From Syncephalis fuscata S228 (taxonomy: Eukaryota; Fungi; Zoopagomycota): a DNA stretch of 64,000 nucleotides. Made by a program: the position numbers and the translations under genes. Below the pieces are notes generated by a model. That model saw only the letters and a list, made by a program, of their open reading frames with translations. It searched no databases and was not told the origin of the DNA. Location: positions 186,001-250,000 of the forward strand of contig JAHLTZ010000031.1 in the NCBI GenBank assembly GCA_025786725.1, in the 5' to 3' direction. Below, in pieces: positions 41,360 to 56,587 of this stretch (its first letter is position 1; every line of letters starts with the position of its first letter).

Positions 41360-42131
41360 CTTTACCTTGACTCCTACATTTTTATTTACTCATTTCACCA
41401 TATTTCTTATTACCATTTTATTATTCTATTCAGTAATATATTACATGATAATGTTGAATATAAAAATATAAATAGCATGCGTATTTGGACATCAATAAAA
41501 ACATTATTCAATCCCTAGTCTTTGTTTCTCTTATTTTACATCAACACCTGTTCAAGTAACCTCAACGGCATGCTGTATCTTCTGGCTACAACTGTCACCA
41601 CAAGGTCTTCCTGGTGAAGACACTCAACCTATCATTATTGCATATGGTGGAGGTTATTTGCTTCATCAATGGTCGGCAAATAAACTGTACCTATTAAGTT
41701 GATACCAACAATGCTCAAGAGAATGGTGAACATCAGAACGCTAGCTGTCCTATCTTTTTGTCACCATAGACGGGTATCTTACATGGCAAATATGCCCAAA
41801 TACAACAGTAGAAGATTGGAAAATAGAAGAGACCATTCAGGCGCAATAATCCATGCTGTACGTAGTAACAACAATAATAATACGAAACAATATGGAATTG
41901 CAATATATGGCTTTTATTAGTATTTTATCAACCTTTCTACATATGGTCAACAACAGCAATGAACAACATCAGATGTTTCAAAATAGCCAAATAGTATGTT
42001 ACATTGTTTATTTGAATCGATTTATTAACAATATTTTGATAAAAGGTGATATAATTGTATTTTGTATAGCAGTGCAACTTCAATTGAAACAAATTTTGCT
42101 ATGGAAATCAAAAAGTAGGAGTCAAAATGAA
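41360..42131 (+). mobile_element. Fanzor-relic TIR element (copy E), longest ORF remnant
   Basis: With frameshifts reads QPIIIAYGGG../FASSMVGK*TVPIKLIPTMLKRM../TIDGYLTWQICP/KYNSRRLENRRDHSGAIIHAVR../TIWNCN, matching the RuvC-II/Zn-finger/RuvC-III layout. Confidence 0.7.
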
Positions 42132-44565
42132 ATGGGAAATTTTGATGTTATTTATCGTAATAAATTACGGTTTCAAATAAGCATAAATAAAATTAGTAAG
42201 TCATTAATTCCTTTTATTAAGAAGATATATCTAAATATCTACCAAACTATTTTAAAAAGCCATGTTTACCAGTATTAAAGAACTGAATATTGCCGCTGAT
42301 GAGTTTAGGCTTGTTAACGATTGCAATTTTAAAGGAAAAATAGCAATTCAATAAGATTACAGTTTATCTGTCTTCATAAAGACAATTCAAATAACAAATG
42401 TCTGTTTGTTTTGATGGCCAGAAAGCAAAAGACTAGGCTAGTAAAAATTGTTCAATGCAATATTAAGCATTTTAATGGTTATCCATATGATTTGGTAATA
42501 ATACTATTAGATTTATTACTAAATATACTACAAATGATATTACTACATTCTTAAATGTAAACCAAAAACATACAAGTAAAAACATTAAGTACATATTTGG
42601 TTATTTAATATATATTAACAATTGCAATAGCTCAACAAATGCTAGTATTTCTTATTACAAAGCTTGATCTGCCTTTGATTTGATAAAAAATAATGACATT
42701 GTTGCAACAACAGTAATAAAATGGTGTAGCTTTGACCAAGTAACAAAGGGGAAAAGAAGTAGTAGTAGCTTAATCAAATGTTTTAATATTAATTTAATAA
42801 ATTAGTAGTATCAAATAAATTAACTTGTAGCAATAGTTCAAATAATCATATTTATAACATAAATTGCAATTGTCTAGATTCTAATATAAACTAAATGAAT
42901 TAAATTATAAAATTTATATATATTATTATTTAAGTAATAGTATTATGTATTTACAATATTGTTGAATAATAAAGGTACAAGGCTAAAAATCTGATGAAAA
43001 AGTTAATTACAATAAATGCAGCAATTTTAATTTAAAAGTTGTTTATTTATGTAGTTTATTTAATTGTAGCAATATTAACAGCAATGCCAACTGTGTTTTA
43101 TTTGTTAAAAGACTTGCAACAATATACTTGTGCCAATGCGACTCATAAAATACAATACAAAAATATGTTGTGTAAAACTAGTAATAATAGTATTGAAACA
43201 GTAGTTGATGTTAAAATAAACGGCTTTATTGAACAAATACAACTATTAATAAAATAACTGTGAAAAGAAAGCATGTATTAAAGAGTGTTTAATCTGTAGT
43301 AAACGTCATTACAAAAAATGAAGTGTGGGCAAATAAAAAATAAATTTATTTTAAATTTATTAACAAAAATTAATATTTAACATTATTAACACAATAAATC
43401 TACTAACAAATATTACAGCTATAAAAAAGCTTAACAATACGCACATTTTAATAAAAACATCATTCGTTCATACTCATCTATTTTCTCTACTATCACTTAA
43501 TCTAAGTTTTTATTTGAATGTTATCACTAAATTTTTATGAATTCCAAATTTTATATTAAAACAATTTAAATTATTAATTTCTATTGAGCCAAGTAGCTGG
43601 TATAAAAGTTCATATTTATGTTGACACAGATTAAAGAATTATAGATGTTTAATAAATGGAAAATAAAATAATGAAGCGATATTGCATAAAATAGTTGTGT
43701 CATTTATTTTACTGAGTGATAAAAAATCAACGGCGAGATTTGGATCGGGAATTCATAAAGTGCTGCTTTTCGCTTGTACCACTTTGTTCCGTCGTATGCA
43801 TCACACGTCTATTGATAGTTAAGACGAGATGATGATGTGGCCATTTGCCTTATTAGGAAGCTGTTGTGGCTTCACACACGTGTCCACCTCAGCTTCAATA
43901 TACACCTTTATTTTACGAACTGCTATCAAACTATAGATATTTATTTATAAATACTCAGTTATTATTAGTTATAAACAGAATGATAAAGCGTGAAATCAAA
44001 ATAAAAAACTAAAACTTTAAACTAAAGTGCGCACAATAATTAACAAGTACAAACCTCAATACAGAAGCCAGCCAAAGAAGCAATGCAGTTGGCTTGTACA
44101 AGTCATTTCAAGCAGCGGTCAGTCGTGAGATTTTTGTAACCATTGTACGCGTGTATAGGGGAGTGGATAAAGCATTAGAAACATCTATGGCAGTAAATAC
44201 CAATAGGAAAGTCGAGACTGATGTTCAGGAGTGTGGTGTAAAGCACGTCATCAAAATTGCCCAATCAGTGTAATTTATGTTTGAAAGATTACCACGACTA
44301 CTGTATCTGTTGTCAGATCTAGTTTCATTGTTAGATGAGTACAGATAATTGGTCGGAACCATGAATATTTAGCACGTCATTTCCTAAAGTGCAGATAGGC
44401 AACATCAGTATTATCTATTGCTTGTAGTGGTTTGCCAGCACAAGCTAAGCTATTTAAGCGCGCTGATTTACCAGTATTCCTACTAATTCTTCAGACTTGC
44501 GCTTTTCTGCTACTTACTAGCTGATTACTCTGTAGCTTTCGCTCTATCCTATTTTATTGTTTCCT

Positions 44566-46907
44566 ATGGCTCTTGCGACAATCTTGGATTTCCGCGCATT
44601 GGCGCAAACCGCGAACTCAAGCGTTTAGTAGAAGGATATTGGTCCGGCAAGGTCGATGAAGCTACGCTACTTGGCAAAAGCCATGAAATACGCGAGACTC
44701 ATTGGGGGATTCAGAAAAGCAAAGGCCTGCATCACGTAACGGTTGGCGACTTTTCGCTATATGACCATGTTTTAGACACAAGCGTTACTTTAGGCGTAAT
44801 TCCAGAGCGGTATCAACATTTGGCACCAGGATTGCAAACTTACTTTGCTATGGCTCGTGGTCTACAAAAGCCAGCCAGCTCTGATGGCGCCGTGGCCGCC
44901 GTTGATGTCCCAGCCATGGAAATGAAGAAATGGTTTGATACCAACTACCATTATATCGTTCCTGAGCTATCCAGCCATCAAGCATTCAAGTTGGCCATTG
45001 AACCAAAGGTGGTCTCTGAATTCAAGGAGGCTAGCAAGTTGGGCATATCCGCTCGCCCAGTGATCATTGGACCGATCTCCTATTTATTATTGAGCAAGCC
45101 AGGCCGTGATGTAGCAAATGCAACCAACTTTAATCGATTTGCTTTATTGCCTGACCTTATTGCCGTATATATTCAGTTGCTGCAGCAACTTGCTGATGCT
45201 GGTGCCACATGGATTCAAGTAGATGAGCCGTTCCTTGCTTTGGATCTACCTACTGGTGCCCGTGAACACTTTGTTTCCGCGTACACGCAGTTTGCTGAAG
45301 CAATTCGCCGTACCTCGCTTAAATTGCTACTCACCACTTACTTTGCTCGCATTCCTGAGCAAAACATTAGCTTGATTGGTGAACTGCCTGTCCAAGGCAT
45401 TCACGTCGATTTGGTTAGAGCTCCAGAGCAGCTCGATGCTGTGCTATCGCACCTTCGTTCGGAGCAAGTAATTTCTCTGGGATTGGTTGATGGGCGTAAT
45501 GTCTGGCGAACAAATCTACGCAAGGCTCTTGCTTTGGCGCAACACGCCATTAATCATTTGGCAGGCGATAAAAGTCGCGTATTTATTGGACCATCCAGTT
45601 CTTTGTTGCATTCGCCACACACCTTTGCCAATGAGTCCGATATTGACAAGGAGATTATTGTCTGGCTGGCTGGCGCTACCGAGAAGTTAGATGAAATTGC
45701 AGTGCTGACCAAGGCAATTAACGATGGTGAAGAGTCTGTTCAGAGTGAATTAAAAGCCAACGATGAAATCTCTAATGCTCGTCGCACTTCTACTCGTATT
45801 CACAAGCCAGAAGTACGTAAGCGATTGGATGCCGTTTCCCCTGATCAGCTACGCCGCCGCTCTCCATTTGCAACTCGCCGCACAGAGCAGAACTCCAAGC
45901 TGCAGCTGCCACGTTTCCCTACTACCACTGTTGGATCCTTCCCCCAAACTAACGAGGTACGTCTGGCCCGTTCCCGTCTACGTAAACAAGAATGGACTCA
46001 AGATCAATACAATCAATTTATCCGCGAGGAGATTGAGCGCGCTGTACGTTTCCAAGAGCGTGTCGGCCTTGACATGTTGGTGCATGGCGAGAGTGAACGT
46101 AACGATATGGTTGAATATTTTGGTGAACAATTAGACGGCTATGTATTCACAAAGTTTGGCTGGGTCTCTTCCTATGGCACTCGCTGTGTCAAGCCTCCTA
46201 TTATTTACGGAGATATCCAACGATTGCGCCCAATGACCGTTGATATCATTCGCTATGCTCAATCACTTACAAGCCGTCCACTTAAAGGCATGCTTACAGG
46301 TCCTATCACATGTCTGCAATGGTCGTTTGTGCGAGACGACCAGCCACGTCGCGATACTGCCTTCCAATTGGCATTGGCCATCCGAGATGAGGTGACTGAT
46401 TTAGAAGCTGCCGGTGTACCCGCAGTGCAGATTGATGAGCCGGCCATTCGAGAAGGTTTGCCACTTCACCGTGCCGACTGGGAGGCATACCTTCAATGGT
46501 CCGTCGATGCCTTCCTTCTTTCCAGTACTGGTGTTGCCGACAACACTCAAATACACACGCACATGTGCTACTCTGACTTCAACGACATTTTCCCTGCTAT
46601 CCAGCGCCTGGATGCCGATGTAATTACTATTGAAAACAGTCGTTCGGACTTAAAGCTACTTGAAGCATTTGATCGTTACTCATACACAAACGAAATTGGT
46701 CCAGGTATCTACGATATTCACTCGCCACGAGTACCATCAGTAGATGAGATGCACGAACGAGCTGTAGCACTCCTCCGCTATCTACCGGCCGATCTACTCT
46801 GGATTAATCCAGACTGTGGTCTCAAAACGCGTGGTTGGGCTGAAGTAGAAGCAGCTTTGACCAATTTAGTGACTGTAGCACGTAAATTGCGCGCCGAATC
46901 ATCTTAA
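44566..46907 (+). CDS. MET6: Cobalamin-independent methionine synthase, intronless (apparent 1-nt deletion near 44580)
   Basis: LGFPRIGANRELK, DFSLYDHVLD, EMKKWFDTNYHY, PTTTVGSFPQT, HGESERNDMVEYFGE, HTHMCYS, NPDCGLKTR. Confidence 0.97.
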
Positions 46908-47361
46908 TATTCCGTTTACTTTGTTAAATAAACATACTGTTGTTTTTTAATATTAATTCATTGACCATTGGTTACAAACACATTCTATAATCCACTTGCT
47001 CTGTATAAATAAGATTTATTTGTTTATTATGGTAAAGTACCATCAGTTTCGACTACTGAAATAAAAACTATTTTGCTTTAGTTACAAACAATTGTTTTAT
47101 TATTATACAACTGAAACCAAAATACTTATCATTACCGCAATGTTTTATATTAATATATATTCGGTTATTTATTTAATACTCGCTTTATTGATTATAAACC
47201 ACGACTTGGTTCATTCATTCAACTCATTAAAACACAAGTCAGCATACGGCGTAATTGCTGTGACGTGCATAAGAAAGCAACACAATACAAAATAAAAATA
47301 CGACGAACTGTTTTTATTTGTTCAATCTCTGTTGGCCATCACCATTTGAATAGAATCCATA

Positions 47362-49689
<2,328 letters not shown>

Positions 49690-49812
49690 CAGCGTATCGA
49701 ATAGCTTGGCTCTTGTAGCCAATAAAACAACTAATAGCTTGTATAATAATTAAATTACGTGAAAATATCTGTCAAGTCGTTTTTCCCTTAATACATTTGT
49801 CATTGTTATATA

Positions 49813-51716
49813 ATGTGGTTTAATTTCCAACGACAATGCGTTCGTCAAGTAAAACTATTTGGCCAAACATCGATTATGCAGCGCTGTAAGAATAATGAAT
49901 AGATAGAATTGCTTGTTATTGGGCATACTAATGACGATAAATATAGCTCAGTCATCTATAGCGAGTAGCCAACCTCGTCCGCTAGACGGTATTCGCGTAC
50001 TGGAAGTTGGTCAGGTACCAGTTTATTTAGAGCTAGACTAGCTTATGTATATTAACCTGTGTATTAATAGCTTATTGCTGGGCCTTTTACTGGAACACTA
50101 CTTGGGTGAGTACAGTTAAAGTGCATTAGTATATACGCGTCATATCTTATAAATCGCCTTGTTTTCTACACTAGTTATTACGGTGCAGGTATAATTAAGA
50201 TAATGTCTGAATTACCAAATGTTTATTTAAATGTATTTGTAAATAATAAATTAATGGATACAATTTACAGAGGTGGTAAGTAACTAATATAGTACGAATA
50301 CATATATTCAAATAGCATTGCAATAGATTAAAGTAGAGCCCCCTATTACTGGAGATCCATTGCGAACATGGCGAGCTGTCGATACAGATGGCGTGTCGCC
50401 ATGGTATCGTTCTATTGGCCGTAATAAGAAATCGTGTGCCATTGATATGCGTCAACTGGAAGGACAACAGTAATAATTAACAAGCTAGTTATGTTATGTG
50501 AATTAACAGCACTTGTTATAGATTGGTACGAGAATTATCGGCCAAAAGCGATGTTATAGTTGAAAACTTTAGACCAGGCACTATGGAGAAATGGGGGCTA
50601 GGTCCTGGTAAGAACATAATGAACTAAAGGCCAACTGTAGTACAATTACTGATGCCCATTATAGACACGCTCTGTGCCGACAATCCATCGTTAATCTATA
50701 CGCGTGTATCAGGCTATGGTCAGACTGGACCTTATGCCTCACGGCCTGGTTAGCATCTGTTTGTGAGGTAATTGTTAATAATGACATTGGTGACCATTTG
50801 CTGATGGTAGCCATCATATACTATTAGGCGATGGGCGGTCTTCGGTATGTAACTGGATTTCCTGGAGAGACGCCTGTTCGATCCAATGTCAGTTTAGGAG
50901 ACTCATTGGCTGGGTTACATGCAGCATTTGGTGTATTACTTGGATTATTGGCTCGTAACAAACTACTGCAACTGGCAAAGAACAAGGCCAGATTGTCGAC
51001 GTGTCCATTTACGAGAGTATATTTAATATGATGGAAGGCATGGTGCCTGAATACGATCGAATGGGCATTGTTCGTGAACCTTCCGGCACATCCTTGACGG
51101 GTATTGTGCCCACCAATGCATATCGATGCAAGGGCGGCAAGTATATCATTATCGGGGCTAATGGCGATTCTATCTATAAGCGATTAATGAACGCTATTGG
51201 TCGTTCCGATTTGGTATGTATATACACTTGAATTGCTGATTAAAGATGGTTAATCGCAGTGAATAGGCCACTGAAAAGCATGGTACCAACCAGGACCGTG
51301 TCAAGCATGCTAAAGAAATCGACGATGCTATTAATGCATGGACGGAACAGCATAGCACAGAAGAGGCACTTGATCATCTATTCAAGTCGAATGTGCCAGC
51401 TAGTGCCATTTATGATACACGAGATATTATGTCTGATCCGCACTATCAAGCTCGTGGTATGATTGAAGAGGTCGATGTACATGGGCGACCACTTAAGGTA
51501 GAATTAAATAGCAATTGTATTGGCAATATGGTTTAATTATTTTGTTTACTAATATAGATACCTGCTGTTAGTCCCAAACTAACGGCAACACCTGGTCGAT
51601 CAGAATGGGCTGGCTCAAACCTTGGTGCCCATACGCATCAAGTATTGACAGGATTGCTAAATAAATCTGAGGAAACCATTAAGCAATTGACCACGAAAGG
51701 AATTATTGGCTGCTGA
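49813..51716 (+). CDS. CoA-transferase family III (CaiB/BaiF, SUGCT-like)
   Basis: [58 protein letters not shown]. Confidence 0.92.
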
Positions 51717-52162
51717 TATACATCACCACAATAAATATTTTTACTTGGATATTTTATTAAACACAGCTTATGATAATTGATAAATAACTTGGTACGATTT
51801 TCATCTTTATTTGCTATCATCAAATGTCACGTGACTTATAGCTGGCCTGCTTCTTTTTTTCAACTTAACGACAGCCACAAACGGCCCTTTTTCTCCACGC
51901 CCTTCCCAGTTCTTTCTACTGTGCATATCCACACATTCACCTATACTGAACGGTGTGTGCATGTCTGGTATTTCGCCAAAGTATTGTGGTTGCGGACACT
52001 ATCACTCACTTACTTGCTAACTTGCTCGTTTGTTCGCTCGTTCGTTCGTTCGTTCGTTCATTTGCTTGCTTGCTGTTACACCGAGCCGACCTGTCGTTTG
52101 GTAGTTAGTCATTTGTACGCTGTTTTATAGCACCGCCGCGTCGCTGCACTTACCTATTCGCT

Positions 52163-53688
52163 ATGCGACGCACCAAGATTTTCGCCGGCTCTTCGCATCC
52201 CGAGCTAGCTAGACAGATTTCGCAACGCATTGGCCATCCGTTGTCTAATTCTGATCTTCGCTCGTTTGCCAATCATGAAACAAGTGTGCAGCTGGGTGTA
52301 TCGGTCCGTAACGAGGATGTTTTTATTATTCAAAGCGGTAGTGATAGCGTAAACGACCATTTAATGGAGCTACTTATCATGGTTAACGCTTGTAAAGGCA
52401 AGTCCTAACGACCATGTTTAGTCCTAGCCATAGCCAATACTTATCCATATATAGGTGCTAGTGCATCGCGTATTACTGCGGTCATCCCTTATTTCCCCTA
52501 TTCGAAACAGTGTAAACGAAAGAAGCGACGTGGTGCCATTGCTGCCAAATGTAAGTATATGCTAGCATAGCTGCTAGTAAATCTAACTTTACTATGGCTA
52601 GTGGTGGCCAATATGCTATCCGTTGCTGGTGTCAATCATATTATTACCATGGATTTACACGCCTCACAAATGCAGGGATTTTTCAACGGTCCCATCGATA
52701 ATTTGTTTGCCGAACCAAGTATGGTATGTTGGGTCCGTGATAATATCCCTGATTGGAAAGATGCAGTTGTTGTTAGTAAGAATGCTGGTGGTGTTAAACG
52801 GTACGTATATTGAGTAATGCCACAGCTATATGCACTATCTAAATCATTATGCTGTACAGTGTTACATCTCTGGCCGATAAACTTCATATCAACTTTGCTC
52901 TAATCCATACGGATCGCAATCCGCACCGACAAGGGGCATGGAGTGCCATGTCTTCTCGTGCACCATCGCGTGTTCCTTCAGATAATGAAGAAGACGAGGA
53001 AGAAGAAGCGGATTCGGATGATGAAGATGAAAAGATTTTAGAGGAAGAAGAGGATGACGATGACGATGAAGATAAAGAAAAGGACGTAGTAACTGCAGAG
53101 ATTACATTGGTCGAGACGTCAAACGAGACTAAATACGAGCAGCGGCAGAAGCAAGTGCATATTGCTGCACTTCAACGGGCAGTAGGTGAACGTGTACGTC
53201 CTAATGGCCTGCTTGGACGTCGCCGTGTGCCAAAAACACCAAGTACACCCGAGCCATACTCGTATACGACTCGTGGCGAACGTCTTTCATTGGTGGGCAG
53301 TGTACGCGGTCGTGTTGCATTACTGTGGTAAGCTAAATCGGATAGGCTATTGATTATACAATCGATACTAAATGAATTACAGGATGATATGATTGACGGT
53401 ACACGCTCTTTCGTACAAGCAGCCGATCATTTGGTCAATCAATGTGGCGCCAAGGCTGTCTACATCATTGCCACCCATGGTATTTTATCGGGTGATGCAT
53501 TACACGATATTGAGATGAGTCAAACGGTTGACCGAATTGTCGTCACCAACACAATTCCTATTGCGCCGGCCAAGCGCGAATTAACAAAAAAATTAGAAGT
53601 CATTGATGTGAGTTCGGTATTGGCTGAGGCCATTCGTCGAACACACAACGGCGAATCCGTGTCTTTTCTTTTCGACCATGCTTTGTAA
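52163..53688 (+). CDS. PRS: Ribose-phosphate pyrophosphokinase with acidic non-homologous insertion (Prs5/Prs1-like)
   Basis: [81 protein letters not shown]. Confidence 0.93.
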
Positions 53689-53816
53689 AGCGCGCACAAC
53701 GCTCTCTTTACTATTAAGCCAAATTGACTCTCAATATCTAAAATTCTATTAAAATTTTCATTCTCAATCAATTGCTTATTATGTTGGTTATTGAATACAT
53801 TAAATTAGTGGAGCTA

Positions 53817-54457
53817 CTGTACTTTGACTTACATTTTTATTTATTTATTTCACCCCTTAACACTTTTAAATACAATTAAACACTCACTCATCACTATAAC
53901 ATGTATAATATTGCATCGAGCATTAATCAATTTATGTGTAATTATTAATATAACAATGTAATTAAATATGCACATTACGATATTAGTTGAAGTTAAGATA
54001 ACATTTAATAAAATAAAAGGCTTTTTACACTGAATTGTTAATATCTTTGTTGAAATGATCTACAAGTATAAAAAGAATAAATAATTGCGATTATTAAATA
54101 TAATTATTATAATATACAAGTGTGGTTCAAGTAAATAGAAACAAGATAGAAAAGAAATAGATCATATAACAGTTTGATGTACAGTATGACAGACAGGCAA
54201 CAGAAGTAATGAGGAACGACATGGAATTGCGATCATATGGCTTCTATTAATATTCGATCAATCTTTCTACGCATGGCCAACAACAATAATAATCAGCCTC
54301 AAATGTTTCAAAGAAATTAAATAGTATGTTACATTATTTATTAAATCAATTTATTGACAATATTTAATAGAAAGTAATACAATTATGTTGCGTATAATGG
54401 CATAACTCTGATTGGAACAAATTGTGCTTTGGGACAGAGGTGGGAGTCAAAGTACAG
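53817..54457 (+). mobile_element. Fanzor-relic TIR element (copy B), best-preserved termini
   Basis: Perfect 12-bp TIR ctgtactttgac ... gtcaaagtacag; internal TTWNCDHMASINIRSIFLRMANNNNNQPQMFQRN* (stop 54318-54320). Confidence 0.75.
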
Positions 54458-55016
54458 TTTGACCAAACAGTGTAATACAAATGATAGCGTTTTATTTAAT
54501 ATTAAATATGTGACATTACAGAATTAAATAGTGCTGATAGCAATTTAGCTAAAAGGCAGTAGTGTCATTATCATATAGCGCCATTAGTTGTAGCTTCATT
54601 GATAATCCAAAAGTAGCGACCAAAAACGGAACAAGCTAGTGACATCAATTATAACTTATATAATTTTATTTAATTGCTTTCGTTATTATAATTGTTTTTT
54701 GACAGATACAAAATAGATTACGTTGCTTTTTTAATACTAAGCCTATAAGTAAAAGCTATTGTATTTTTAATGCACTTTTATAATAGGCCAATATTAATTG
54801 TTAGTAAGACTGCTCAAATTATTACTACATTTTAATAGATAAACCCATTGTTTAATAGAAAATATCATAAATGAGTTGTAGATACACATAATTATCAGAT
54901 CAAGAAAAAAGTAATCCACACTATTAACTCTGTCTATGTATTTAATCATTTGGTCACTAATAATCGCATTGTACATGTTTAAATAACATTCATATTTATT
55001 GCACACTTGTATGTAC

Positions 55017-55604
55017 TCAATTGGCCTCACTGTCGCGTGATCTCTGTTAATAAAAAGTTAGATATCAAACAATAGAATAGCACAGTCACTTACCACCAAG
55101 GCCATTATTTCATCGGCGTCAACAAGTCCGTCGCCATTGGTGTCCAGTATTTGGACGATTTGAGCTGCGTCATCCACACTGAATGGCTGTTTGGTCACCT
55201 CAGTCATGATCATCTGCAGCTCCTCGGCCGTGACCTTGCCATCGTGATCACGGTCAAATAGCGTAAAGACATGGCGTAGCTGCTTTTCCTTTTCATCCTG
55301 TCGCTTTCGTGTTAGTTCATACAGCTTAGCGTAGACGGACAGCACAGTATCAATGTCAAACTGGGTGGATCGTTGAGCATTAGCACCAAGCAACTGTTGA
55401 AGCTCGTCCTCGTCGATCAAAAGATTCATATCGCCGTACAGATTCATCAAGTCATTGAAAGAAATCTTGCCGTTACCACTGGTATCCCGAAATGCAAATT
55501 GATTTTGCACATTGTGGATTTGCTTGTTACTAAGATTTGTTACAGACTAATAAACAATAAAGTGTATTAGTAAAGTTTGGAGACAAGAAAACAGTACATA
55601 CCAT
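55017..55604 (-). CDS. Calmodulin-like EF-hand protein (ATG-only first coding exon)
   Basis: EF loops DTSGNGKIS, DRDHDGKVT, DTNGDGLVD; ATG|gtatgt at 55604-55602; last exon RSRDSEAN*. Confidence 0.85.
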
Positions 55605-56098
55605 GATATTTACACGGATACAGATGGAATAATCGTGCACAGAAAAAGATACTGAACGAGCAAGAGTAGCGATATCAGGAAACAACAATAAGCATACGTA
55701 AACGTCAGCACCGTTGGGGAAGCTATTTATGTCGAAGGTTCTGTAGGTTGGTAAATGCCACTTCAGGCAGAAGGAGCACCCGATGGTCGCAATTCTTGGA
55801 TGTTTCACGAACAGAAAGGGAACTCGAATGATATACTGCATAGCTCGCTGGTATCACCAACAAACACCCCAATAAACTAGTGTGATTATTGGCCTTGTCT
55901 ACAAAATGCTACCAATGGCACTCTATCCTTAAAGGAAACGTCAGATCAACGCAACAAAACAAGCTGTTTCAATTACTCCGTTACTAGTAAGAGTGGATGT
56001 CGTAGCGTAGTTTATCCGATGGCTATCTCAGGCCTTATTGTAAATAGAACTATGCACAACATTGGGCGAAAATAGCTTTCTATTAAAACACGAAACTA

Positions 56099-56587
56099 CT
56101 GTACTTTGACTTTTAAATTTTTCTTTATTCATTTCATCCTCAACACTTTTAAATACAATTAAACACCCATTCATTGCTATAACATGTATAATACTACATC
56201 CAACATTGATTAATTTATGTGTAATTATCAATACAATAATGTAATTAAATATGCCCAAAATACAATACTAGAAAATTGGAAAATGAAACAGACCATTCAA
56301 ACGCAAGAATCCATGTTGTACGTAGATGCAACAACTGCGGAATGACATGGAATTGCAATCATATGGTCTCTATTAATATTCGATCAATCTTTCTACGCAT
56401 GGCCAGCAACAACAATAATCAGCCTCAAATGTTTCAAAGAAATCAAATAGTATGTTACATTGTTTATTAAATCAATTTATTAACAATATTATAATAGAAA
56501 GTAATATAACTATGTTGTGCATCATAACGCATGAGTCTAATTGGAACAATTGTGCTTTGAGGCTCAAATAAAGGAGTAAAAGTAAAG
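56099..56587 (+). mobile_element. Fanzor-relic TIR element (copy C)
   Basis: ctgtactttgac ... ggagtaaaagtaaag; internal ENETDHSNARIHVVRRCNNCGMTWNCNHMVSINIRSIFLRM. Confidence 0.7.

Larger units (their letters stand above)
35119..43343 (-). repeat. Right arm of inverted segmental duplication
   Basis: Reverse complement of 17614-26669; differs mainly in the microexon array and a ~115-bp insertion at ~42728-42843. Confidence 0.95.

Noticed and set aside
52960-53100. Acidic insertion in PRS as a novelty
   Set aside because: Non-homologous insertions are a known feature of fungal Prs1/Prs5-type subunits
53815-54459. TA target-site duplication (Tc1/mariner-type) for the TIR elements
   Set aside because: TA precedes the left end but the right ends are followed by TT/TC, so a TSD and superfamily cannot be assigned
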